DNA of 59,105 nt from Thermoplasmata archaeon. GTDB lineage: Archaea; Thermoplasmatota; Thermoplasmata; Thermoplasmatales; ARK-15. Under the pieces are notes generated by a model that was not told the origin of the DNA, made no database searches, and saw nothing but the letters and a program-made list of their open reading frames with translations. The stretch is from NCBI GenBank assembly GCA_049965455.1, contig JBMFWH010000004.1, forward strand, positions 1 to 59,105, written 5' to 3'. The position numbers and the translations under genes were made by a program. The number at the start of each line of letters is the position of its first letter. Positions within the stretch are counted from its first letter, which is position 1. Below are positions 46,397 through 55,637 of this stretch, in pieces.

Positions 46397-47272
46397 TTAT
46401 TTAGACTGATTCTGAGCAATCAGGCCCATAGAAGACTTACCAAGTTGATGCCATGTAAACGCCATGATCGGAACAGCAATCGCTATCATTACAATAAGAA
46501 TAATAAAAGTGCCAAAGTCAAATGACAATAACTTATCCACCCCCAAATAATATAGAGGCCCAAGCGCAATAAATAGGATACCTCCAAAAAGAAGCACCCT
46601 TGCGCCGACAAGCCTGCCAAAGCTCTCGATCCTTTGAGCATTGAATTTCTTGCTTACCTGAAGAACTTCTCCAAAGATAAATCCTATTAACACGAGGATT
46701 ACAAAGGTTCCAATCCCAAACAATGTGCCGGGTAACCATCCCAGCATCCACAACCCTGCAGATGCCATAGCAGGCAACGTAACCAGATATATCCATACCG
46801 AGAATATGCCGGTATCAACTCCAAAGCCGGAAATAAAGCCGTGAATGAGGCACCAATGAACCGGAACTAGCAGCTTAGACTTTTTATCCGGTTTATTGAA
46901 AGGAATGTGTTTGGCAAGATCCTTGCGTGATATATTCATAAATGGATGGATATGAGGCATTTTGTTCTTCAAGATAAGATACCCTGCAATGGCCATAACC
47001 AATCCAACTACTGAATAAACTGGCCCATTTAATAGATCTGAAGAAACGAGAAATGCACCTACCGCAAAGTACACGATCTGACTCATTATGGCACGTTGTG
47101 TGGTGAACGCGAGAGAAAAAAAAGCCCCTGCCATCATCCCGCCCTTGCCAGTCGCAGTTCCAACTGAATATGAAAACGTGATCGGCCAGGTGTGCTCGTC
47201 CGGAATGACTCCATGCAACATTCCTAACCCAAAGCAGCCGGCCAGTAGGTATATTAAATTGTTATCTATCAT
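46397..47272 (-). CDS. Putative Ni/Co transporter-like membrane protein (NiCoT/UreH/DsbD_2-like)
   Basis: GMLHGVIPDEHTWP His motif in TM1, HGFISGFG; about 7 TM segments. Confidence 0.6.
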   Translation of the reverse strand: MIDNNLIYLLAGCFGLGMLHGVIPDEHTWPITFSYSVGTATGKGGMMAGAFFSLAFTTQRAIMSQIVYFAVGAFLVSSDLLNGPVYSVVGLVMAIAGYLILKNKMPHIHPFMNISRKDLAKHIPFNKPDKKSKLLVPVHWCLIHGFISGFGVDTGIFSVWIYLVTLPAMASAGLWMLGWLPGTLFGIGTFVILVLIGFIFGEVLQVSKKFNAQRIESFGRLVGARVLLFGGILFIALGPLYYLGVDKLLSFDFGTFIILIVMIAIAVPIMAFTWHQLGKSSMGLIAQNQSK

Positions 47273-47288
47273 TTTCTATCCTCCTTTT

Positions 47289-47645
47289 TTATTCACAAGA
47301 TAGACTCATAATAAGAACAGTTTTTGCTAGTTTGTCAGAATTGCATATCTCTTTATATGCCTCCATAAAGGTAATGCCAGATCTTGAAAAAAATATTTTA
47401 TGCAGGTCATGATACAAAATTATGTTCATATTAACACTTTTACCATGTTCTGTATTTGCTGTCAACCCATGTTTACTATTTATCAGCTCTTTATCTTTAA
47501 CTATGTATGATAGCTTTTTGATAGCTGGAGCTCTTACATTCACATCCGAAACTCGGGCAGGAAGATCCCAATTTGAATATTTCTTTATGTATAAAATACA
47601 ATCTTGCACGACTCTGCTTAATTTTTGATTAGTATTATTATACAT
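47289..47645 (-). pseudogene. Eroded DtxR/MntR-like metal-dependent regulator
   Basis: LS...QDCI, PARVSD-NVRAPA (HTH appears shortened), TEHGK, H....IFF...GI. Confidence 0.45.
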
Positions 47646-47763
47646 ATATTAGTGCAATACTAATTTATTATTTAAACATTACTTTTCGAGTGCCTAAGTT
47701 ATTAGCAGAACATCATAGACCTATCAATTTGTATAAGCTAGAAAAATATAATAAACGGATACG

Positions 47764-48021
47764 ATGGCATCATTCAGAATAGACACAGCAATGTTAAGAA
47801 AACATATCAAAGAAACAGGAAAACAGTCTAAATACCTAAATTGCATCCACATCCACTCAACAATTACTGCGCAACAAACCTGCTCAAAGAATCTAGGCAG
47901 GGCACGGATTAATCCAGGGCTTAAAGATATAACCAGCACAGAGCGGTATACTCATCCGCCAGATAGAGAAGTGCAAAATAATGTTTACGAGTATTCCAGA
48001 ACAGAAAGTTTTTTTTCTTAA
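47764..48021 (+). pseudogene. C-terminal remnant of a tyrosine recombinase/integrase
   Basis: Across frameshifts reads KLHPHPLNNYCATNLLK...PGLKDITSTERYTH, matching box II HxLRHxxAT...LGHxxxxxTxxY. Confidence 0.75.
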
Positions 48022-48091
48022 TGTAGAAAACTATAGCTGTGTTGACAATATGATCAAAGGTGACTTCAAATCATCCGGGAGCTTTACAGAG

Positions 48092-48250
48092 TGGGAGCAC
48101 TGGGATTTGAACCCAGATCCGCGGGTCTCTCCTTGGGTCATTGCTCCAGTTAATCATCATCTTGCGCGCGTTTCAATCAGTAGACCCACGAAAGGTCAAA
48201 TCATACCCATAACTGGAGCCCGCTAGGATACCTAATTACCCCATGCTCCC
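48092..48250 (-). tRNA. tRNA-Trp(CCA) with 86-nt intron at 37/38
   Basis: Acceptor GGGAGCA/TGCTCCC, anticodon stem GCGGG/CCCGC, CTCC/GGAG bulge-helix-bulge, GGTTCAAATCC. Confidence 0.95.
48127..48212 (-). ncRNA. tRNA-Trp intron-encoded box C/D guide RNA
   Basis: D' CTGA, C' ATGATGA, D-like ATGA; guides GTGGGTCT and AACTGGAGC complementary to the pre-tRNA. Confidence 0.85.
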
Positions 48251-48252
48251 AA

Positions 48253-48360
48253 TCACTTCTTGTTAGCTCGCTTTTGACGCATCAATCTTCGCATCTTCTT
48301 CTTTCGCCATTTCCAACGCATATTATGTCTTTTTTTCCAAACTCTTGAACTCCTTTTCAT
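48253..48360 (-). CDS. rpl41e: Ribosomal protein eL41/eS32 homolog (35 aa, absent from the ORF track)
   Basis: MKRSSRVWKKRHNMRWKWRKKKMRRLMRQKRANKK; GGTG RBS and upstream TATA-like box. Confidence 0.88.
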   Translation of the reverse strand: MKRSSRVWKKRHNMRWKWRKKKMRRLMRQKRANKK

Positions 48361-48422
48361 TGTTACACCTTTAAATCGGGTTAGGATAAATTAATTGGTG
48401 TTTATAATCCTTTCTTTTTTAT

Positions 48423-48577
48423 GGTCTTGTCAAATCTTCGTTGATAAATACGTATTATTTCATTTTGTCGAAGGCATAGCTTTTATCTGGATCATCTAAT
48501 TTAAATCGTTTTCGAAATATGCTATGTGGGATGATGAATGCTCTTTTTAATATTTTCAACGAAAAATTGACAGTATC
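48423..48577 (+). mobile_element. MITE family A, copy 3 (complete, 8-bp TSD)
   Basis: Ends GGTCTTGTCAAATCTTCGTTGA / TCAACGAAAAATTGACAGTATC; TTTTTTAT at 48415-48422 and 48578-48585. Confidence 0.8.
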
Positions 48578-48896
48578 TTTTTTATGTTTTGTCAATCTTC
48601 TGTTAATAAACTATGATGCCAATAAGACATTAATAAACATTAATTGTTTTTAATATTTGTTTTGAGTGACTAATATTGAACTGGAAAATGGCTTTTCGCC
48701 ACGCTTATTGTCTTGGCAATGCCAGATTTTATGGCTTTAGAAATACTTATTTTTCTCATTTATGCATTCTAAAAGACTGGGGATGCTATTTTCTCCGTTA
48801 CCCCACCTTTTAGTGAAATATAGGGGTGAAAATCAAGTTAAAATACCGATTTTATCCAGCATCGTAACAAGTTACTTTTTTATTGAACCACGCAAA

Positions 48897-49958
48897 TCAA
48901 CGTTTTGCTCTCTGGTACTGCAACGGCCATGTAATATCATATTTCAGTGTTTTTGCTGCATGCAAAGGCCAGTATGGATCCCTCAACAATTCTCTTCCCA
49001 TCGCTATTATGTCTGCATCTTTTCGCTCTAATATCTGCTCTGCCTGAACGGGATCATATATTATTCCCACAGCAGCAGTTTTCACGCCTGTTTTTTTGAT
49101 TGCTCTTGAAAAAGGAACCTGGTAAGATGGTTTTGCCGGGATTTTTATATCTGGCAAAATGCCACCTGTGGATACATCTATAACATCGACATTGTGTTCT
49201 TTCAACACTTTTGCAAGCTTAATAGACTCTGAAAGAGTCCAGCCTTTAGCCCCGACCCAGTCTGTGGCAGATAGCCTAACAAATAGCGGTAAGTGATCTG
49301 GCCACCTTTCACGTATGCGGTCTACGGTTTCAGTCAGGAACCGTATTCTGTTTTCGAAAGAGCCACCGTATCTGTCAGTTCTATGGTTTGAAACAGGCGA
49401 CAAAAACTGATGGGCAAGATAGCCATGTGCAGCATGGATTTCGACAATCTCAAAGCCTGCATTATATGCTTTATATGCAGCTTCAGAAAAGCTAGTTTCA
49501 ATATTCTCAATATCATGTATAGAAAGCTCTCTCGGAATCGGCGAAGACTCTGAAAATGCAATGGCACTTGGTGCTATTGTAACCCATCCGCCGTTCGCTG
49601 GTAATATAGGATCCTCATTATCCCAAGGCGCTTTTGTGCTTGCCTTTCTTCCTGCGTGGGCAAGTTGTATACCCGGGACTGAACCATTTGATTTTATAAA
49701 ACTGGTGATCTCTTTGTACATTTTCAGATCTTCAATATAAAGCCCTAAATCATAGGGTGTGATCCTTCCTTCAGGCTCAACAGCAGTGGCCTCAACCATT
49801 ATTATTCCTACTTTTCCAACGGCTCTGGCACCATAGTTGACCAAGTGCCATGTATTTGGTTTACCATCTGATGCACAATACTGGCACATAGGAGACATCA
49901 TGATCCTGTTCATGGATCTAACGGATCTTAGTGTAATAGGCTCAAATATGTTTTTCAT
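48897..49958 (-). CDS. Old yellow enzyme, YqjM/NamA-like NADH:flavin oxidoreductase
   Basis: SPMCQY, QLAHAGRK, HAAHGYL, RTDRYGGS, GRELLRDPYW; ATG at 49958. Confidence 0.92.
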   Translation of the reverse strand: MKNIFEPITLRSVRSMNRIMMSPMCQYCASDGKPNTWHLVNYGARAVGKVGIIMVEATAVEPEGRITPYDLGLYIEDLKMYKEITSFIKSNGSVPGIQLAHAGRKASTKAPWDNEDPILPANGGWVTIAPSAIAFSESSPIPRELSIHDIENIETSFSEAAYKAYNAGFEIVEIHAAHGYLAHQFLSPVSNHRTDRYGGSFENRIRFLTETVDRIRERWPDHLPLFVRLSATDWVGAKGWTLSESIKLAKVLKEHNVDVIDVSTGGILPDIKIPAKPSYQVPFSRAIKKTGVKTAAVGIIYDPVQAEQILERKDADIIAMGRELLRDPYWPLHAAKTLKYDITWPLQYQRAKR

Positions 49959-50377
49959 TATTTGATTAAACAGGAACTTACTTTTATAATTTCCTATTTT
50001 TTCATCGTGGTTAACATGTTTCAATGAACTGTCAAAATGCTCATTAAAATGCTAGCTTTTCTGGTAAAAAAGGATAAGAAACAGCTAATAGTGTTCAGGA
50101 CAAAGGGTTCGGATCTATACAAATATTCGATGATCTTGAAAATTTTGGATCATTTTTCAATCTTTCTATAAAAATCGCCAAGATAGTGCTCAGAGCCTCT
50201 ATTTTGTCATTTATTCAAACTCTGGTAGCAGAAGACATTTATTTTTCATTATACCATATGGCCAAGACAGTTGCTTAATATCTTATATGAATGTTAGGAG
50301 TGTTATAGAGTTTCTAAAAACTACAATATTTCGGAATTTACACAAAAATAAATATGTACGTATTTTAATACACTATC

Positions 50378-51100
50378 GTGCAAAAAATCATACTAGAAAA
50401 GAAAGACGTTCATGGAACCTGGAGAATCAAAGAGAGCAAAAAGTACAAAATATTAGAATTTGAAAATTCCACGTATTCTATCATAAACAAAAAGGGTATC
50501 TTTGCATATGGCTACTGGGATTTCTTTTTACCTTTAGCAGAGTTTTATGAAAAACCATCGGTATTGATGATAGGGCTTGGCGGAGGGACACTGGTATATC
50601 AGATAAGAAATATAGTAAAGGATGGAGCAGATATCGATATTGTAGAAATAAGCAGTGTGGATATTGAAATTTCTAAATTATACCTCCCGCAGTTAGCAAA
50701 TGAAAAAATTTATCATGAAAACGGCATTGATTTTGTAAGTAAATGTGATAAAAAGTATGATCTGGTTATTCTCGACGCATATTTATTTTTGGATATACCC
50801 CCAGAATTCTTGGAATCGGAGTTTGTAAAAAACGTCTCAAGAGTAACCAAAGAAAATGCAATATTTGCCATAAATTATGCACAAACTTTTTCAGGAATAA
50901 TGCATTTTAAAGAGTTTGTTAAAATACTAAAATCGGTTTTTTCAGTATATTTAGTAAACGCTTATTTTACAGATCTGAATTCTATTATAATCTGCGTAAA
51001 AAATATAGATAAAGAGAAAATAATAGAGAAATTAGAAAAATCAAACATAAGATATCCATGGACCATAAAATATAGATATAAAAACCTAAAAACTCTATAA
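50378..51100 (+). CDS. Spermidine-synthase-like SAM-dependent methyltransferase
   Basis: LMIGLGGG, VEI, YDLVILDAY. Confidence 0.75.
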   Translation: MQKIILEKKDVHGTWRIKESKKYKILEFENSTYSIINKKGIFAYGYWDFFLPLAEFYEKPSVLMIGLGGGTLVYQIRNIVKDGADIDIVEISSVDIEISKLYLPQLANEKIYHENGIDFVSKCDKKYDLVILDAYLFLDIPPEFLESEFVKNVSRVTKENAIFAINYAQTFSGIMHFKEFVKILKSVFSVYLVNAYFTDLNSIIICVKNIDKEKIIEKLEKSNIRYPWTIKYRYKNLKTL

Positions 51101-51300
51101 AGAATAAAAAATTAAACCTCTGGCATTACAGTACATATTTCAACCAAATATTTTTGGGGCACAAGAAAATGAATTTAGAAGTTATTGGGATCTTAGAAAA
51201 TAATGGTTTGATACAGAAAAAATAGCATATTATCCATGCATCATCCGCATAAAAATGGATCTCAAGTTGATCATTAACCTGATTTTGCAAAGATTAACCA

Positions 51301-52276
51301 TTATATGATCTTTCTCTTGCGTAATGGTGAAAATAGGAACCTTATAACTATTCTCCTATATGTTAGCCATGAAATTCTCTTGTTATTTTTCTTGTTTGCA
51401 AGAATCCTCGGCACGAAAAAGCGGGATACGGTCTCTGGTTTATCTCCTAAAATGTTGAATATCTTTACGAATCTGGATCTTTCAATGAATGTGCAGCACC
51501 TCCCTCCGTGCGCTTTAATACAAAGTCCGTCGCCATCATGCTCGGCCATAATCTGCCCGCCTGCACTTTGGATCCTGCAAGCTCTTTAGCCAGCCATTTT
51601 GTGAAATATGTGAGTGCATGTTTTGAGGTACCGTACAAAATAATCTTTGTGGCAATCATGTTATTTGAGCCGTACCCATCCATGTTCCATATTTGCCCGT
51701 GCCCTTGCTTCAGCATGTTCTTTACCGCAACCTGTGACCCGAAGATCATGCCTTTGATGTTTGTATCTATGAGATCGTCCACGTAATTGAAGGGGGTTTC
51801 ATATATAAATTCAGTAGGGCTTATAATGCCAGCATTGTTGATCCATATATCAACACTTCCCCACTGTTTATAGGATCTGGGCCATAGGTTCTCAACCTCT
51901 TTTTCTGACCTGACATCACAGACTACAAACATTATAGTCGTATAATGTGTAATAGGTCACGATTCTGAAGTTAAGTTTTCATAAAAGCGAGTATTATGCG
52001 TAATTTTTATGGTATCTAAAGGATAGATAATATATTTTATTTTGTAATAATAATAATAATAAATTTAGAATATATTGTATTAAAGGCACTTTCTGTTATA
52101 TCTACACTTCATAATCGTGACCTTCTGTTTCCATACTTTTCTTACAAATACCCTAATTTTTCAAAAGATGATTCACTGTGCCCCGACATCGTGACGTTGC
52201 AACCAGCCTTCAAAAAATCTATTGCCATGCAAAATCCCAAACCTCTGGTACTTCCCGTAATAACCACGTTTGCCAT
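51301..52276 (-). pseudogene. Short-chain dehydrogenase/reductase interrupted by a MITE, a stop codon and frameshifts
   Basis: TGSTRGLG at the 5' end, in-frame TAA, then NNAG and YGTSK after the MITE; C-terminus in another frame. Confidence 0.85.
51935..52122 (-). mobile_element. MITE family B, copy 3 (TIRs 51955-52122 plus 20-bp tail), inserted in the SDR gene
   Basis: 17-bp TIR with one mismatch; removal rejoins the SDR frame as GNR-IMFVVCDVR. Confidence 0.85.
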
Positions 52277-52420
52277 ATTTTTTACCTCATCGGAAATTAA
52301 AATGCCTATCGATTATTTAAAATATATCCGGTTTTTTGCCTGACATGCTTTCTTATCTGTCTATTTTCTATGATTTCAGCTAAACTTAAATTTAAATATT
52401 GAAACTGGCTAAATTCAATA

Positions 52421-52854
52421 ATGAATCATGATGAGAATTTTTTAAACGTGGTATCACAGCTTGGCGGAGAGATTATGGATATTGGGTCATTCGTTAAAAT
52501 AGTAAAAGAAGTGGCTTTAAAAACCAAGGTACCTGAGAATCAGATAATAAAATCCCTGTTGTTCATCACACTTTCCGGGAATATACTGGCATTGTTGTGC
52601 GGCGATTCAAGAGTTAGCATTGAAAAGCTGGCCGGTGTTTTTGGTATGCCAGGCTCGCAACTGAAAAAGAGGTGAAAGAGATCACTGGATTTGAGGCAGG
52701 GGCCGTCCCGCCGATCGGAATAAGAATAAGGTCTGTCATAGACAAGGGAGTGCTGAAACACCGATTTGTGATCGGCAGTGGCGGGGCAATCAACAGACTC
52801 TTGGAAATAAAAAAGTATCAAAACGCAGAAATTATCGATATAAAAATTAAATAA
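52421..52854 (+). pseudogene. YbaK/aminoacyl-tRNA deacylase, frameshifted near 52648
   Basis: QIIKSLLF in the first frame; RLATEKEVKEITGFEAGAVPPIG and GSGG in the second. Confidence 0.8.
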
Positions 52855-52877
52855 GCAGTGCAATATTCACATGGATA

Positions 52878-54176
52878 ATGAAAGCTATATGCATAGCTGG
52901 TACTAGAAGCAGCGCCGGTAAAACATCTGTATCAATGTTGCTCGCTTCAAAGTTTAAAGAGATGGGATATGCAGTGCAACCGTATAAGATAGGTCCTGAT
53001 TTTATAGACAGTGCCTATCTGGAAAAAGTATGTGGAAGAAAATGTATAAATCTGGATCTTTATATGCGTAGAGCACAGTTAAATGCCGATTTTTTAAATA
53101 CAGATGCAGACATAGGAATAATAGAAGGGGTGATGGGGTTATATGATGGAGTGTCTGGCAGCTCTGACTGGGGCTCAACTGCACACATATGCAGGGTACT
53201 TGATGTTCCCGTGATACTGGTTCTTGACGGTTCTGCCTCTTCTAGGAGCATAGCGGCTGAGTATTTAGGGTTCAGAGAATTTTCAAAGAATACAAACATT
53301 GTGGGAGCCATAGTGAACCGTGTATATGGCGATAACCATTTAAAAATGCTGAGACAGGCGCTTGGAAAGAATCTGTTTGGGTACGTTAATAATATGGGCA
53401 AAAACATGATACAAGAGCGCAGGTTAGGGCTTTTGCCAGTGTTTGAAAACGCAGAGTTCAGCATATCAAGATTGGTAGAAGCCTCAAATTTTGACATGAA
53501 AAAAATAGGCGGGCTAATGAAAAATGTCAACGCTAAACTGAGGGCCGTTAAAAGTAAGGGTACTATTCCTATAAACATTGCCTATGACAGGGCTTTCAAT
53601 TTTTATTATGCGCAGAACTTAATCATATTGTCAAAATATTTCAAGCTCCAGAATTTTTCACCGATCAGTGATTCAGAGTACGAACCTACGGTGATGTATA
53701 TTGGCGGAGGGTTTCCAGAACTTTTTGCAAAAGAGCTGGCAGAAAATCATGCCATTAAAAGGAAATTGAAAGCAGACATGGAAGACGGAATGCCAGTATA
53801 TGCCGAATGTGGAGGATTAATGTACTTGACTAGTTACATCAACCTTGGCACAAAGTATGAGATGGTAGGGCTTATGGACGCATACATAAACATGGAAAAC
53901 AAACTGAAGATTGGATATACCAGGATCTCGGTAACCAAGAACAACATATTGCACTCTTCAGGTACCCGAATAAACGGCCAAGTTTTTCACCATGGCGAAA
54001 TTTACGGTGCTGAAAATCTGGAAAAGACGTACAGCTACAGAATGGTGAGCAAGAAGGGGCAAATTGACGGTGGATATAGCGAATATAGCGCTCTTGCAGA
54101 TTTCAATCATATTTTCCTGAGCGATAAAATGGTCAGGAAAATGTATGAGCTTGCTGTAAAATATTCCAGAAGATGA
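52878..54176 (+). CDS. cbiA: Cobyrinate a,c-diamide synthase
   Basis: SSAGKT, KIGPDFID, EGVMGLYDG, AFNFYY, GGGFPE, AECGGLMYL. Confidence 0.9.
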   Translation: MKAICIAGTRSSAGKTSVSMLLASKFKEMGYAVQPYKIGPDFIDSAYLEKVCGRKCINLDLYMRRAQLNADFLNTDADIGIIEGVMGLYDGVSGSSDWGSTAHICRVLDVPVILVLDGSASSRSIAAEYLGFREFSKNTNIVGAIVNRVYGDNHLKMLRQALGKNLFGYVNNMGKNMIQERRLGLLPVFENAEFSISRLVEASNFDMKKIGGLMKNVNAKLRAVKSKGTIPINIAYDRAFNFYYAQNLIILSKYFKLQNFSPISDSEYEPTVMYIGGGFPELFAKELAENHAIKRKLKADMEDGMPVYAECGGLMYLTSYINLGTKYEMVGLMDAYINMENKLKIGYTRISVTKNNILHSSGTRINGQVFHHGEIYGAENLEKTYSYRMVSKKGQIDGGYSEYSALADFNHIFLSDKMVRKMYELAVKYSRR

Positions 54177-54185
54177 TCATTGTTA

Positions 54186-54968
54186 TCACGGCGGTGCAAA
54201 AGAGGCAATCATCATGCCGTAATAGGTGGGGCATTGATAATCAATATATTTCACCCGGTATTTATTAACATGCAGTATCCCTATCAGGATCAGGATCTGC
54301 CAGAAACTGTCAGGTTTTGCATGTTCGATTATTTTATGATCAATACATTTTATGGAATCTATCCTGTTCTGTTCAAATGCAGTTTTTACAAAATTGTCAT
54401 AAACTCTGGCATACTTGCTGGATCCGTAGGGACCTGATTTTAAATGAGTATGTGCTTGATCAGCGCTGATTATGATCCCTACTTTTTTGCCATATTTTTC
54501 AGTAACCGATCCTAATATCGAGCCAAACTCAATCAATTGCTCAGCGGTTAAATCCCGTGCAGGAGTTATTATTACCACCTTCTTGCCCCGGTTCAGGAAA
54601 TAGAGCGGAATAAACGAGCCCCAGTCTAAAGTGATTTTTGAGGACTCACCTTCTAAAGCGCCAAAGTTGACGCCCACAACCGGAAGTTTAGGCTTTGCTG
54701 CATTATAAATCAAAGTCGCTAACTCCCGATCGCAATCATAATTTCTGCGGATTTTCCCGAGATTGCCTGCAGTATACTCTGTCAATATTATTCCAATATG
54801 ATCTGATATCCTTATATTATGAGGCGTTACAACAACAAATGTATCGAGGTTTTTGCTCAAGACCTCTTTCTTGAGTTTTAGCATCGACTTTTTCAAATGC
54901 ACAGATGCATTATCCTGGCTGTTTATAATTTCCTCGCCATGAGGCACCATTGCTAAATATTCTATCAT
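54186..54968 (-). CDS. LigB/Memo-fold (class III extradiol dioxygenase-like) protein
   Basis: PHG, TPH, LDWGSFIPL, SADQAH, YYGM. Confidence 0.75.
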   Translation of the reverse strand: MIEYLAMVPHGEEIINSQDNASVHLKKSMLKLKKEVLSKNLDTFVVVTPHNIRISDHIGIILTEYTAGNLGKIRRNYDCDRELATLIYNAAKPKLPVVGVNFGALEGESSKITLDWGSFIPLYFLNRGKKVVIITPARDLTAEQLIEFGSILGSVTEKYGKKVGIIISADQAHTHLKSGPYGSSKYARVYDNFVKTAFEQNRIDSIKCIDHKIIEHAKPDSFWQILILIGILHVNKYRVKYIDYQCPTYYGMMIASFAPP

Positions 54969-55017
54969 ATATCAAATATATACAATTTCTGTATAACTTT
55001 TTTACGGATCGAAAACC

Positions 55018-55617
55018 CTATTTTTTAAAAATTGCGCTTATATATGCATCATACTCTTTTATTTCGCTTATAGGTACATTAGCATTATACGCAATATTAT
55101 TCAGCTCTTCCCTGTTCAAAGTGTGAGCCCTCGCCAGCGTGATCGGGAAATAGAGCTTGTCCTTGTTAAATTCATAGATCCGGAACTCTCCATGATCTTT
55201 TAGATGCGCTAATATGTCTGACAAAGCCTTCTCGCGATCTGCCCAGTGATGAAATGAGAGGGTACTGTATGCGAGCTCAAAGCTATCTTCAGGCAATGCT
55301 CTGCTGCTACCCAATTGAAACTTGACACGGTTATCTACACCTATCTTTCTTGCCAGCTTGTTTCCGATATTTACCATGTAAAGGGATGGATCGATACCCA
55401 CACCTTCAATGTGCTCGTTCTGTTTTGCTAAGTTTACAAGCACGTACCCAGTTCCAGAACCAATGTCCAGGATTTTCGTTTTTTTGCTCTTTGCTATGTC
55501 CGATATAATATACCTGTAAAATCTTTTCATTATAGATATTCTATGCGCTACTTTGTAACCGTATGAACTTAAGCAGTAAAAGTGCTCTTCCCCATCTTTG
55601 TAGAGACCATCTTTCAT
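55018..55617 (-). CDS. Class I SAM-dependent methyltransferase
   Basis: ILDIGSGTG, GIDPS, STLSFHHW. Confidence 0.88.
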   Translation of the reverse strand: MKDGLYKDGEEHFYCLSSYGYKVAHRISIMKRFYRYIISDIAKSKKTKILDIGSGTGYVLVNLAKQNEHIEGVGIDPSLYMVNIGNKLARKIGVDNRVKFQLGSSRALPEDSFELAYSTLSFHHWADREKALSDILAHLKDHGEFRIYEFNKDKLYFPITLARAHTLNREELNNIAYNANVPISEIKEYDAYISAIFKK

Positions 55618-55637
55618 AATCTCTCTTGTAATTGAAC

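Noticed and set aside
47981-48226. 81-aa ORF on the + strand
   Set aside because: Antisense to tRNA-Trp
52045-52063. (TAA)n short tandem repeat
   Set aside because: Slippage expansion inside a MITE copy, not an array
46150-52122. Composite transposon or inversion bounded by inverted family B copies
   Set aside because: The SDR halves on both sides of copy 3 remain collinear, and the interval holds core genes (tRNA-Trp, eL41)
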